Shown in pieces: positions 52,366 through 64,000 of a stretch of 64,000 nucleotides of DNA. This DNA comes from Tubiluchus corallicola. Lineage: Eukaryota > Animalia > Priapulida. The first letter of the stretch is position 1. Every line of letters begins with the position of its first letter. A model generated the notes under the pieces. It did no database searches and was not told the origin of the DNA. It saw only the letters and a list, made by a program, of their open reading frames with translations. The stretch is taken from contig JAQGDQ010000005.1 of assembly GCA_030141605.1 (NCBI GenBank), positions 1,364,180-1,428,179 of the forward strand, read 5' to 3'. Position numbers and translations under genes: made by a program.

Positions 52366-52879
52366 CATGGGTTCCCAATCTTGGGTTCGCTAAGTACTTT
52401 TTGTGTGGTCGCGAGCTAGTCTAAAAACTATTTTTAAAAAATGCTGTTTTCATGAAAAGTATGTAAGCAGGTCTTGTTTCCTCATTCACTCATTACATCA
52501 TTTTGTTCTGTGAAACAGAGTTTTCCCGCTCTAAATGCAGTATACCAGTGCTTGATTTTCCGGGAAAATGAAATGCATGTTGTTCCATGTGCACACTACC
52601 CAAAAGCGTGTCGCTATTCATTTTACCTTGGATGCCTATTGCTGTTGCATTGCTATTGCTATTGCTGGTCGCTGAGAAACAGGTGCAACGATCACATGAA
52701 TGAATTAATGAAACAATCACTCAATGTTCAATAATTTGTCGAACAGTAAGTTAAAATTAATAAATGCGAACTATAATGGTGTTTAATAGTATAACATGTG
52801 ATTATGTTCTTCGTGGGGTCGCAATATGATGCAGGGTTCTGGAAAGGGGTCGCCGTCAACAAAAGGTTGGGAACCAGTG
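52366..52879. mobile_element. ~514-bp hAT (Charlie/Buster-like) MITE
   Basis: Termini CATGGGTTCCCAATC...GGTTGGGAACCAGTG, subterminal GGGGTCGC motifs, and an 8-bp TSD GTCTAAAA/GCCTAAAA (7/8 match, central TA). Confidence 0.8.
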
Positions 52880-53293
52880 GCCTAAAACGACTCGTTTAGA
52901 AAATCCCATATCACAGACACTGCGCAACTTCACACGGTGTAGCTCACTGCAACTGAATTTTGTTTTACCGTTCCTGCTTTTCTCGCACAAGAAAGAAGAC
53001 TGAGTAAACTTTCGAACCCGGGTTATGGAGAAATGATTACGTGCATTACTAGCCGTCATTTAGAATCTTGCACAAGTAATTTCTAAAATGAAGTTAACTA
53101 TCTGTTCTTAACCAAAATTACATAGTTATGCGCATGAAGAACCCCAAAGCAAGTGCAGCAGCAAAGACAAATTGTACACGACAGAGGACAGACAACGACA
53201 AGTGCCTGAAAGAACTTATTTTACCTTTCGTTATGTTATACTTTTCTTGGGTGTTATTAAATTCTAATTTAGAGAGTAAGAAAGAGAGAAAGA

Positions 53294-53396
<103 letters not shown>

Positions 53397-56300
53397 CAGT
53401 TTTTTCTGAGAAAGTATATTACTATACATTGATGTATGTGAACTCACTATACTCAAAAACTCAAAACAAAAGCACAAATACAGAAGCAACAGCTAAGTGG
53501 GGTGCTGCTAACTAAAACTGTACAAAACGCAAGTGTCTCAAAGACAGAAAATTCTGATTTTCTACTTCACTGTTCCAATTGATAAAGCCCTTGGGGGAAC
53601 CCCCAACGCTTCTCTTCTACTAAGAAGTGCACGTCAGTCTGACAGCTCACAGATGGAAACGTTTCGATAATGAATCGGAAAATGGAAAACGCACTCGAAC
53701 CGTAAACTTACCGTCTTCCAGTCTGAACACAATGCCAGAAGTGCTACTCGTGATTGAATATCAGTAATTTCAGTTCACAGCTGACTAGGCACCAAGCAGC
53801 CATATTGCAAAAACGGCTATTATGATTCATATTAACTGGATCCACATCACCAATAAAAAATATTCATTGAAAAAAAAGCTACAGACAACAAAGAAAAATA
53901 ATCGAAATTACAAATTTTGGCATTTCTCTTGTTAAACTGGCATATTTTAGCTAGTGTCCCAATAAAGTTCATTTTACAGTCCATATGATGTAAGAATAGC
54001 TTTAGCAATCACAAGTACAAAATTTGAGTAATTCTTATCTACAAATTTAGTGAACATGAAACTTGAAATGTGAATTTAAAATTTCTGGAGTGTCACACAG
54101 CAAATTTTCAATGTTTACTCTCGCAAACATGTATAAAATGTTGCTAGAAGGTTTCTACCATTGAAAGTTTTACCCAACGGCGGACTCGCATGAACATTTT
54201 TGTAATTAATATACGCGTAACGAATCTTTAATTATCAGAAACACATTTGTAATTATTACATGTAACGAAACGTAAGTTTTAGTTTAGCCCAAAGAGTTTT
54301 GTTAGAAAAACTGTCTTGTCCTTTTGAGGCCTTACAGAACGCCTTTACGCTTCTTATCGAGTCTCAACTCTATTGCATACCCGTATAGGCTACACAATCG
54401 AGGATTTAAAAAATAAGTGAATTCGATGCTGTGTTGACTCGGAATAGTTGCAAAAATACTCAGTTCTCTGAAAAGCGGCGGTTTTGCGTTTAAAATAAAC
54501 TAATCAATGTAAAAGAGTTTAGCGATATACACGCGCACATCGTTAACGAGCGCTCCAAATTATCCGAATAATTTTTCTTTCGACGTTTTCTAAAGACGCT
54601 GTCAGTTTAAGCAAGATGGAAACCGGCAGCAGCGCGATTTTTCAAGACACTGTGAGCTGCGATATTGGACAGATAACATCTTAGTACAAGGACGGACAGC
54701 TTAACTGGTTTCACCGAGCCAGGATCGTATACAAGAAGCCACCCGTTCTTGCATTCCGCCAGCATAATTTAAGCAATTCACTCAGTTTATTGAGAATTAA
54801 CAGACTTGACACAATACACAATCACACCAGCATCGTGTATGAAATATCGCACATTAAAAAGTAGGGTATTTAACTTCACACTTCCTCTCATTCTGCATCT
54901 GGTATATATTTCATCTTATTAAGGGGATGTATAGACATCCGAACGTGGTTTCCCTTTGCGACACCTCCGCAGTTTCAGCACAGAATTTTAGAAGATAATT
55001 TGTTAGACAGATTGACAAAGAGATAGATTCCAGTCTTGCCATAATCATCTGCAGTAAGTAGGTTCTGCCATTGAATGTCGGATTCCCGTCGGAAAGCAGT
55101 ATCGAATTTCAGTTCTTGACCAAATTTTGAAAAAAATGTTCATTTCTGCAAAAAGTGGCAAGTAGAAAACTGCTGTTTATAATTTAACTGCATAAATAAA
55201 TTATTACAAAAAGAAAACCACGAAAAGTTGTGAAACAAACACGCAGAAACGACTTAAATGAGTACTCAAACCCTAGGCCTTGCGCTAAACATGCACGACA
55301 TGTTTTGTATGGAAATTAAGTCACAGAGCCATGAAGAGGAAACGCCGGGAGTGCAGAGAAGTAATGCAAAGTCATTTGAGATTAACATTTTTGTAACGCG
55401 ACTGGTAGATATCGTTCATGGACAGTCAAATCGAGGAAAATATTAAATATGAGCTCTAAATTTGTGTATCTAAGCTTTGGTCACACGAGGGGCGACTACT
55501 CAAACCAGGCACAACAGCCATAAGGCGGAAGAGATTTGACAGAAGGCGTTTCTCGCCATAGATTGAATCTGGCAACAGTTTAGCTGGTGCATGCAATCAC
55601 TCGACTTTGCATACCACACAAGGAGCACATTAACATGCATGAGCAGCAAGTCAAATTCAGCTCTCGGCTTTGTTACCACTCTCTGCCACAAATCGGGTTT
55701 ATCCAAAGACATGAATGGCTTGAATTGATTGGTTAAGCACTGGATACATTGCTCAGCCGTGTACCCAGGGAATTATCTATTAGTGAAATACACTAAGGTT
55801 GCGATCAGTCGAGAAAACTGCTTGACATGTACAACAGCAACTTTCGTCTGAGATTTGAACCAATCAAGTACTGCTCGACTTGTAGGATTCATCAGTTAGA
55901 AACTTGCTGCCAGTGTAATCAGATTTTAGGAAGCCACAAGTAGCGCATGACGTTAAACGCACATATTAAGGTGCGTCCAAACTTCTCTTGCACAGAACAA
56001 TTTTCAAAACAGCTGTGTTTTAGGCTCAATCGGAATATTTTAGTTACAGCCCGAAAAGAAAAAGCTGCATTGTGTGTTATCTCTTACACATACGCCCCTT
56101 TTCTATTAGCACTAGTGCTACTAATACATACAGATTCATCGTTCATACTTGAACTCTAAACTAGAGAGTAACGATCCCTTAGCTTCATTATTCAGATGGT
56201 GTGACACAGTATTACGAAAAATAATCATTATCTTAAGAAATGGCAGTTCCACGAAAGGAATATGTGTGTGGCAGAATCATTAAAAACGAATTTCATGGTT

Positions 56301-56777
56301 TTTCAAAGCATTAACTTTATTTCCAAGGCAAACATGATCAAAGTCTGCTACAGGCGACGGGAGCAATCAAGCACAAACAGATAAATAGTTTAACTTGGGT
56401 TGACACTGGGTAACAGTTTATAAAATAAACCTTGTAGGCTTCAATACTTTGAACGCCGATGTAATTTGGCTTTGAAAACATGTCACAGATGTTATACAGT
56501 GTCACAAAATGCCATTTCTACACCAAATGTTGCATCAAGATATCTCAAATATAGTACAGGGTTTCCATCATGCTGCATCTACACTTATCACATATGAAGA
56601 CGAGTATCTCATTCCTTTAGTAATTAGTGTATAAATTAATTTCTATGTACCGTGTTAAATGCACTACTATTTCAACTTCCCATTCTATATAGGATCCGAT
56701 TAACAGGACCTTAGGAACTATTTAAGTGGCTTCGTGCAGCGTTAATATGCCGCACATAACACACTTTATAAGGTGCG

Positions 56778-57531
56778 CAGACGTTTCTACACAGCATATT
56801 TGAACACAGGACGCTGCGCTACAAAAAATTTGGACTCACAGGTCATTTGGACATAGGGTATTTTGGACACATATATAAGTAATTTGGGCACAAGCAATGT
56901 ATTTTGAACACACGGGTTATTTCGACACACAGGTAATTTGAACACAGGTTCCTTTGGCCATATAGGCACTTTGGACACAGGTAATTTGGACAAGGTATTT
57001 TGGACACACAGGTCATTTGGACGCAAGGCAATTTGGACACATAGATCATTTGGACACAATGTGATCTGGACACATATAGGTTAAATTTTAGAACCAAACA
57101 CAACTGAAATAATGAACATAAAAAAGTCCAGATTAAACTTGAATTTGAACTAGGCTCTTGACTTATAGGTAACTTACATGTTAAATTAACGAATTCAAAT
57201 ATCATGTGTGTTCAAAACACCAACAGTGTCAAAATAGCCTGTGTCCAAATGACTAATGTATCTAAATGTCCCATGTGTCCAAAATACCTAGTGTCCAAAT
57301 ATCCTATGCGTCTAAAATAGCTAGTGTCCACATGTCCTATGTGTACAAATTAGCTAGTGTCCAAATATCCCACATGTCCAAATTACTTAGTGTCCAAGTG
57401 TCCTACATGTCCAAAATACCTAGTGTCTAAATGCCCTATGTATACAAATTACGTTGTGTCCAAATGACGTGTCCGAACTGCCTGTGTCCAAAATGTTCTG
57501 TGGCCATAATGTTTGTGTCGAAACAGCCTGT
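56778..57531. mobile_element. Foldback-like element with modular inverted arms
   Basis: Left arm is tandem ~17-19-bp units tttggacac(a)...ggt; right arm is their reverse complement gtgtccaaa; ~120-bp AT-rich spacer. Boundaries are approximate. Confidence 0.75.
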
Positions 57532-59739
57532 CTAAAACCCCTGGATTCAAAACTCCTGTAATTCTTTATAACCGTATCCGATCGGGACGTTTTTGCGAAA
57601 TATTGAATACTGCTTAAAAGTATTGCCTTGCGGTGCCTAATACCCGGGCGACACTTAAACACATCTTCCGAAACAACTAACAGAAAATAGAGAGTTGGAT
57701 ACGCAGCATTTTAATTTACAAAACTGAACTATGGTTCAAAGTTAAGCAATTCTCGTATCCACTATCAATCTGGTATCAAAACAACAGTGAGAGTCTTACA
57801 AGCTAATATGCAAATGATTTCCAAACACAGCGATAACTATGATTACTGTGCCAAACACAGCGATAAATTAAACCTATATTTTCATCAAAGTGTCTTATAC
57901 TTTATTATTAGCTGTTAGCCCATAAACATGTACTTGCTAGCCGAAGGAGAGAAATTACTGCAGCGGACAACACTATCAGCTAAGCGCCCTGATTACTTCT
58001 GCCAATTTGGCAAATTTCTGCACGCTGGGCTTGGTTAACAGGAAAGTCCAGTAGGATATTAGAAGCGTGTTACTCGACAGACATCAGATTGATCACGTCA
58101 ATACATCAGAGTTTTCCAATGTTTACCATTTGAACAAATCAACCAAAGCTACCAAATGCCGCCAGAGTTTTTAGAGCAATTAAGCGAAACAAGCAGTCGA
58201 AAAAGCCACACTATTCGCCATGTTGGGCTTCGATAACAATTACAAAAACAACATTACAATAATTTTAATGATTTTGATACTAATAAATTTCAAAACATTT
58301 TATTTATCGTCTCTCTTTTAACAGTCAACATTAACATTAATGGCTATTTAGCGACTTACACTAACAGTGCTAAGCATTTTGTTACAACCAATATAATTAT
58401 CACTACAATCGACACCACCACCACCACAATAACCATCACAAATTACCGTCATCATCTACTATCAGCACAAATTACCGTCAGCACCATAACTTCCGCCACT
58501 GCAGCCGCCACCACGATCAATTATCATTATCATCGCTATCACCATTACTGACACCATCACGCCAAACGCCCTTTTATGATTTTCAAGATTTCAAACTTAT
58601 ACTTTCACAAGCACATCACATCACAAATATATCTACAAAAATTAACAAAATCAACGTGAGAAGCAAACTCGTTACGATATGTGATGCCTGTTCATAAAAC
58701 TAAAAAAACACTTCGCAATACTGAAAAAAATACCGATATGCACGCACACATAATAGAATGAACGATAGTTAATAAACTTTGGAAACAAGACTTGACAAAA
58801 AGAAAGAAGATATGAGAACATCAGGAATAAACTTCAAATTGAAGCGGTAATCTTCAAATTAGAAGTTCAGTGGTACGAATACTACAAAACATAGCCCTTG
58901 TGATCAAGACAGCCCAAATTCAAGCTTAACTGCTCCCTTAAAACAGTTTTCATAACGTTTCCATCTTATGGTCAAGTTTGGCTTAAAAAAATTCAATAAC
59001 AGCAGGCTAATTTCATCTCTAATTGATAATCTTACAATTGAGATTATGGATATTTAAATACTTACGAAATAGTGAGGCAATTGATTAAATACTTGTTAGA
59101 AGTTAATTACAACGATTAGTTATGTGTTAAATGCAAAAATAATCTAATTGGATAGTCTGATGTGAATAAACTAACACACGGAAAACTGGATTGGTTAGTC
59201 AGTTGTTAGGGCTGAACGTATATTATGTTTGCTCACAAGGGTCTCCGTGGTTTAGCAGTAATTACACAGTCTCTGTTTGAAATCCAAGTTAGGATAAGAT
59301 TTTTTTCATATTTCTTACTTTAACAAGTCCTTATTTAAACCAATCAAGTTTGATTTCACAAAATTCAATTACTGTGCACTCAATCCACTGTTAATTAATA
59401 ATTTTACATTAAGGTTACAAATAATTAATTACTCTAATAATATACCGAGGTCATCATCTGTGTTAATGAGGGTAGTTATCCTACAATAATTAATGACTGT
59501 CTTGCGAGGCTGAACTTGGGTGTTAATCATATCTGGCAACGGGTGGTTGAATTGTTAAAAGGGATACCCTAATTAACAAATGACTGAATCTACTGATATT
59601 GATCTCCACAATAAGTCCACACTTATTGTATCCACAATTAGACCTTAACCAGCTTTACTGTAGCGTGCAGTTACTTTACTGTAGCGTTTACTGTTACAGT
59701 TACAAAAAATCACAATGGTTAGAGTAAATTACTAAATAA

Positions 59740-60505
59740 CTAGCAAAGGCCCCGCAAAAAAATTTGCGTATAAGTACACTTATAATCAATAATACGCGAA
59801 CATCCTACATAGTCCTCATTTATAACGCAAAACGAGCAGTAGTTTTTACTGAATTAAAGTCATAAAGTTATAGACAGAGTATAATGGATGACGTCGCAAC
59901 AATTGCTTTGCATCAGCAGTTTTCCAAGCGAAAATTGCCAAAAATGGAACATCTAATTAACTCGTCGCCACTCCTCTTGATGGACGTGTCCTAAAATATA
60001 GCTCACACCATCGTTGTAGCCCTGTTCTTCCTCTCTAAGGAGCCACATATCGTCTTCCAAGAATCCCACTGAACGCTGTTAAAACGTTTTTTCTACAGGC
60101 CGTTTGGCCAAAATTTCGAAAAAAATGGGAGTTGTGTCCGGGAAAATGCCCGTAGCGTGCATTAATGGCCCTCTCGCGAAATCTAAATATGACTATTACA
60201 CCCACCGCTGAACGGGCTATTCAGTCATTACCAGCACCACCCCCAGCACCACCCACGGCTCATTCTGGATCTGTAGAAATAAGAGGTATAAGTTTTGCAA
60301 AAAATGGGCAAAAAGGGCGTTTTTTGCAGGTTCTTCGCCCCCGTTCCTCCCGGTGGGCTCGATTCGAAAAATAAGCCCTTGGGTGGAGACCTTTCATTTG
60401 ACGCATAGATCGTCGAAAATGGTGCCGTCGTTGCAGCTGTAGCCTCGTCGGTTATATATCCATACATCTACCATATATATATACCACGGAAATTAATATA
60501 TACGA
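59740..60505 (-). mobile_element. Non-autonomous Helitron, 766 bp
   Basis: On the minus strand: host A | TCGTATATATT..., a TA-rich microsatellite near the 5' end, a subterminal hairpin CGCAAA/TTTGCG about 10 nt before CTAG | host T; no TSD. Confidence 0.75.
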
Positions 60506-61484
60506 TTGTAAAATAGGCGATTTATACAAAACACTGTATAAACGACGATATAGCAAGATTTTGAATAATGATAATAAAATTATTTTGCATGTACTTATAT
60601 ACAAGTAACGCGTACGTGCACATATACAATAATACAAAGGTTGCATAATTTAAAAAGACTGCAAATACGAAGTCCAGTGACATGACACATGATGCTAAAC
60701 AAACTGGCATATTACTTGATGTATCTCACTTAAGTAAAGATATTTCATTTTTAAACGAATGATTGTGACCTCATAATATCAAAATCGCTATATACGCAAA
60801 GTTAAATTGGCGGCCCAAATACATGTTGGATTGCATTTCGCCAATAACAATAATTCTTGCGTATTGTAAGAAAACATAATCACATATGCATGAAAGTGTA
60901 TACTGTATGAATGAAATATCGGCGGACACGCATGAATGAACACTGATATTGATTGTCAATTTAACCAGATGCAACTTTCCATATGTTTTCCCACGTTTAT
61001 TTAATGATATGCAAAATACATATATAAGTAATTTATTTAAAAAACTGTATGCACGCAAAGAAAATCCAAGACACTAAATCTTATCCCAGGCTAAAATTGC
61101 GAGGAAACCTGTTTATATCGTATGCAACCTTGTGTATGGCATCACTCCTTGCATAAATATGCAGATTAGGTGTTGCCTATAAACAGAGCACAGTGTCACT
61201 TGTCATTAACTAGGACCATCAATTTTGACGAGATTAGGGGCTTTCAGCGTCTTGGGGCTAATTGTATTCTGCTTCAGAGACCAGTCACATCCCTCTTATT
61301 GCCAATTACAGCTGCTGTCCAAGTTCTACATTATGCATTTTAGGTTTGCAAGGCATAGCATTAATTCCAGAAAACCATAAAACTAATGCTGCTTTGCTTT
61401 AATTTTAATAGGCTACCAACCGCTGAGATCGATTCTTTGTCATGGAGAGACTTGTTCCTAATTTAAATGTACTAGTACATGTAT

Positions 61485-61488
<4 letters not shown>

Positions 61489-61522
<34 letters not shown>
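61489..61522. repeat. (AT)n microsatellite
   Basis: Directly visible. Confidence 0.95.
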
Positions 61523-61525
<3 letters not shown>

Positions 61526-64000
61526 AAAAACAGTATAATAACATCATAAAAATGCCACTTACTCACACAGCCTAGTCTTATCGGTTATCCTTTGTAAGGT
61601 ATAAGAGGGCGCATCCTAAGTGAGTAGATCTTTATTTTGCTTCACTGAAAGGGAATCTTTTAAATCCAATAAAAGACAATTCAACGGAAACTAAACAGTG
61701 CAATGCCAGAGACTGGTCAGTGCTAATAAATCTCAAAAATTTAATAAAATAAGCAAATTAAAAAAAACATTGACAAATCTACTTATCTAAAGACAGGAAA
61801 TCCCCATCAGAACAACAACAGCTTTCATATATTTCTAGGGTGACCAAATATAGCTAAATATATGCGGCGCGTTTACTGGAACAGCTGCTGTTATAGTATT
61901 ACTCATCGTCTTTTCTAGCTCAATGAGTTAAGATTTTCCCTCATTATCAAGTTTCTTCTTAAATGAGAAAGTCAAATACAGTTTATAAGTTAAGTTTGTC
62001 AGCCAACGAACGAAAGGTTTGAAATACTATACTAACGATAAATTTTCGTTTTTCAACTTTTACTGTTTTTTATTCTGACAGTTAATTCTTTCTATAATTA
62101 TTCTCAAATATACTTAGACTTCTCAGAGTTGCAGACATCTTAACTGATTAAGAGAATCTCAGATTACAGAAGGTGTTATTATTACATGCTACATTAGCGC
62201 AAATGCTCTGGGATTGTAAGAAATGAAACAGAGATGAATCACTGCGGGGAAACATGCAATTCTCTCGCTCAATCAGCTAGGCCAATTGATGCAGGATTTT
62301 ATTAATAGATGCCACAATAACAAATTGTTCAATCAGCTAATTAAAACAACAACCTTTTTATCTCAAAACCAAAATGAACAGCAGCATTACAATATCTGCA
62401 TCTGACGGCGAAAGTTATTGAAAATATATGTAAATGCATACTCTCAACAAAATCCATGCAAGCTTTCAAGACAATTCTCAATTACTCACTTGCGCGCACT
62501 CCTAAATTCGCTCCTCCTCCCAGAACATTTCAATCCAAACTCGCAAAATCTGCGGCGAAATTACTTTAACTGATTAACCGATAATTTAAAACTAAGCTAT
62601 CAATTTCCGAGGATTCCGGCATTTCCCGAATTAGCCAATACTGTTAATTAAACGCAAACACAATCGAAGGAAGCAATGCGGCGTGCAAAATCCCAGCATC
62701 GTAAACGTAAATTGCACGAAACAGAGACTCAAGTGATTTAGTTTTGCTAGATTATGTGCTTAGAAGAATACAGTGATGAGTTAAATGGCAAACGGTGGAT
62801 TACTAGGCATGTAAAGAAAAATGTTTCACCGATTAAGAAAGATACTTTCCGGCGTTTTTCGCTTCTATGAGCACCTCACTGTAAAATCTAAACTAAGTCA
62901 AATATTAACACTAAATTTTTGGTATTAATCTAAGTTCCATTTATCTAGAAAAATAAAAAAATCTAACGCATCAACATTGTTCACAATACAGTGATGATAC
63001 GCGTATCAAAAAAAAAACACGCAACTGATTTATATCACTTCTATAGATGTTTCACACAGTTTGTTTTTTATGACCTGCAGGAAAAGAGCATCGCACGTTC
63101 TACCCAATTATAAAGTGGTTTGACATCCCCGTTTGACATCCATGGAAAACGACTACCCAAAAGTTCTGTATATACTATATTGCCATTTCTATATGTCAAA
63201 AGTATTTTTTATAGTCATACACTCTCGTATATGTTTGATTCTATTCAAATCTATAAAAAGAGAGAATGTACTCAAATATCTAACTCTCTGACACTAAATG
63301 AAGTGTGGACGCAGTATAATCTATCTATAACCACGAGCGAAGAAGAGCTAGTAGCGTTATACAAAATCCCATATTAATAAGTCTCAGGGGGTGACAAAAA
63401 GCTCTAAGTCATTGGGAATCTGAAAATTAGTTGCATGACTCTTCTTTGGGTTTGCACAACAAGCCGAGGAAGAAGTAGAAAAGGGGTAATAATCCCCTCA
63501 ACGCTTCACTTACTGACAAAACTACTGTTTTAATAATTATGAAATATTGTACTTGACACACGCTGATTTCACTACATACGGAAGAAGGATTTGTCAAGAA
63601 AAGCTGTGGCTCGGACAAACGTAATCCTCATATACAGCGAGCAAGTTATAGAGTTTGTCAGGATAGTAACTTACACATGTCAGTAACATATGGCAAGATT
63701 TCTCTGAGAAAAACCAAGCTTTGTGGGAAATTAATCTGACATAAACTTTGCAACGCACTAAGATTTCTGTCACTTTGATCTTTCTTAGATCCTCCATGGG
63801 TCAAGGTGCACCTCTCGATTCATTGCCACTACTCTTCATTCATGAGTCGTGTGATGAGTCTTTTGCAAGAAAAGAGCAAATGGTTAAGACTAACCTTAAT
63901 TCTAAAAAGCCATTTCATTGATCATACTGATTAGCACAGCTCAACACATTTATAAATCATGCATGAAAATGTGGCGTAATCAAAGCACCGCAACAGGCCT

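Noticed and set aside
60165-60467. Pro-rich ORF and its antisense ORF
   Set aside because: Both lie inside the Helitron and show no domain similarity.

Overview
AT-rich animal (probably invertebrate) genomic DNA with spliceosomal introns; most short ORFs in the track are spurious. Five protein-coding genes were reconstructed by hand from splice sites, exon phase and recalled family motifs. (1) NDOR1, minus strand, 7 exons at 18-3199, running off the left edge. (2) Intronless TMEM203, plus, 6963-7364. (3) Intronless F8A1/HAP40, plus, 7499-8449, only 134 nt downstream of TMEM203. (4) A complete 14-exon IRSp53/BAIAP2-family I-BAR+SH3 gene, minus, 10324-31549, about 535 aa, with one GC-AG intron. 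(5) The 3' half of COPS3, minus, 36586-40540; its 5' exons were not found in the remaining 23 kb. The best candidate for a new system is the TMEM203-HAP40 unit. It has one promoter, a GT donor just before TMEM203, an AG acceptor just before the HAP40 ATG, and no polyA signal between the two ORFs. The whole TMEM203 ORF may therefore be a retained intron of the HAP40 transcript (alternatives: dicistron or trans-spliced operon), lying head-to-head with NDOR1 as in human. Also present: hAT- and Harbinger-like MITEs with target-site duplications, a non-autonomous Helitron, an inverted SINE pair, a foldback-like element, minisatellites and microsatellites. All homology calls are from memory of the families; no searches were run.
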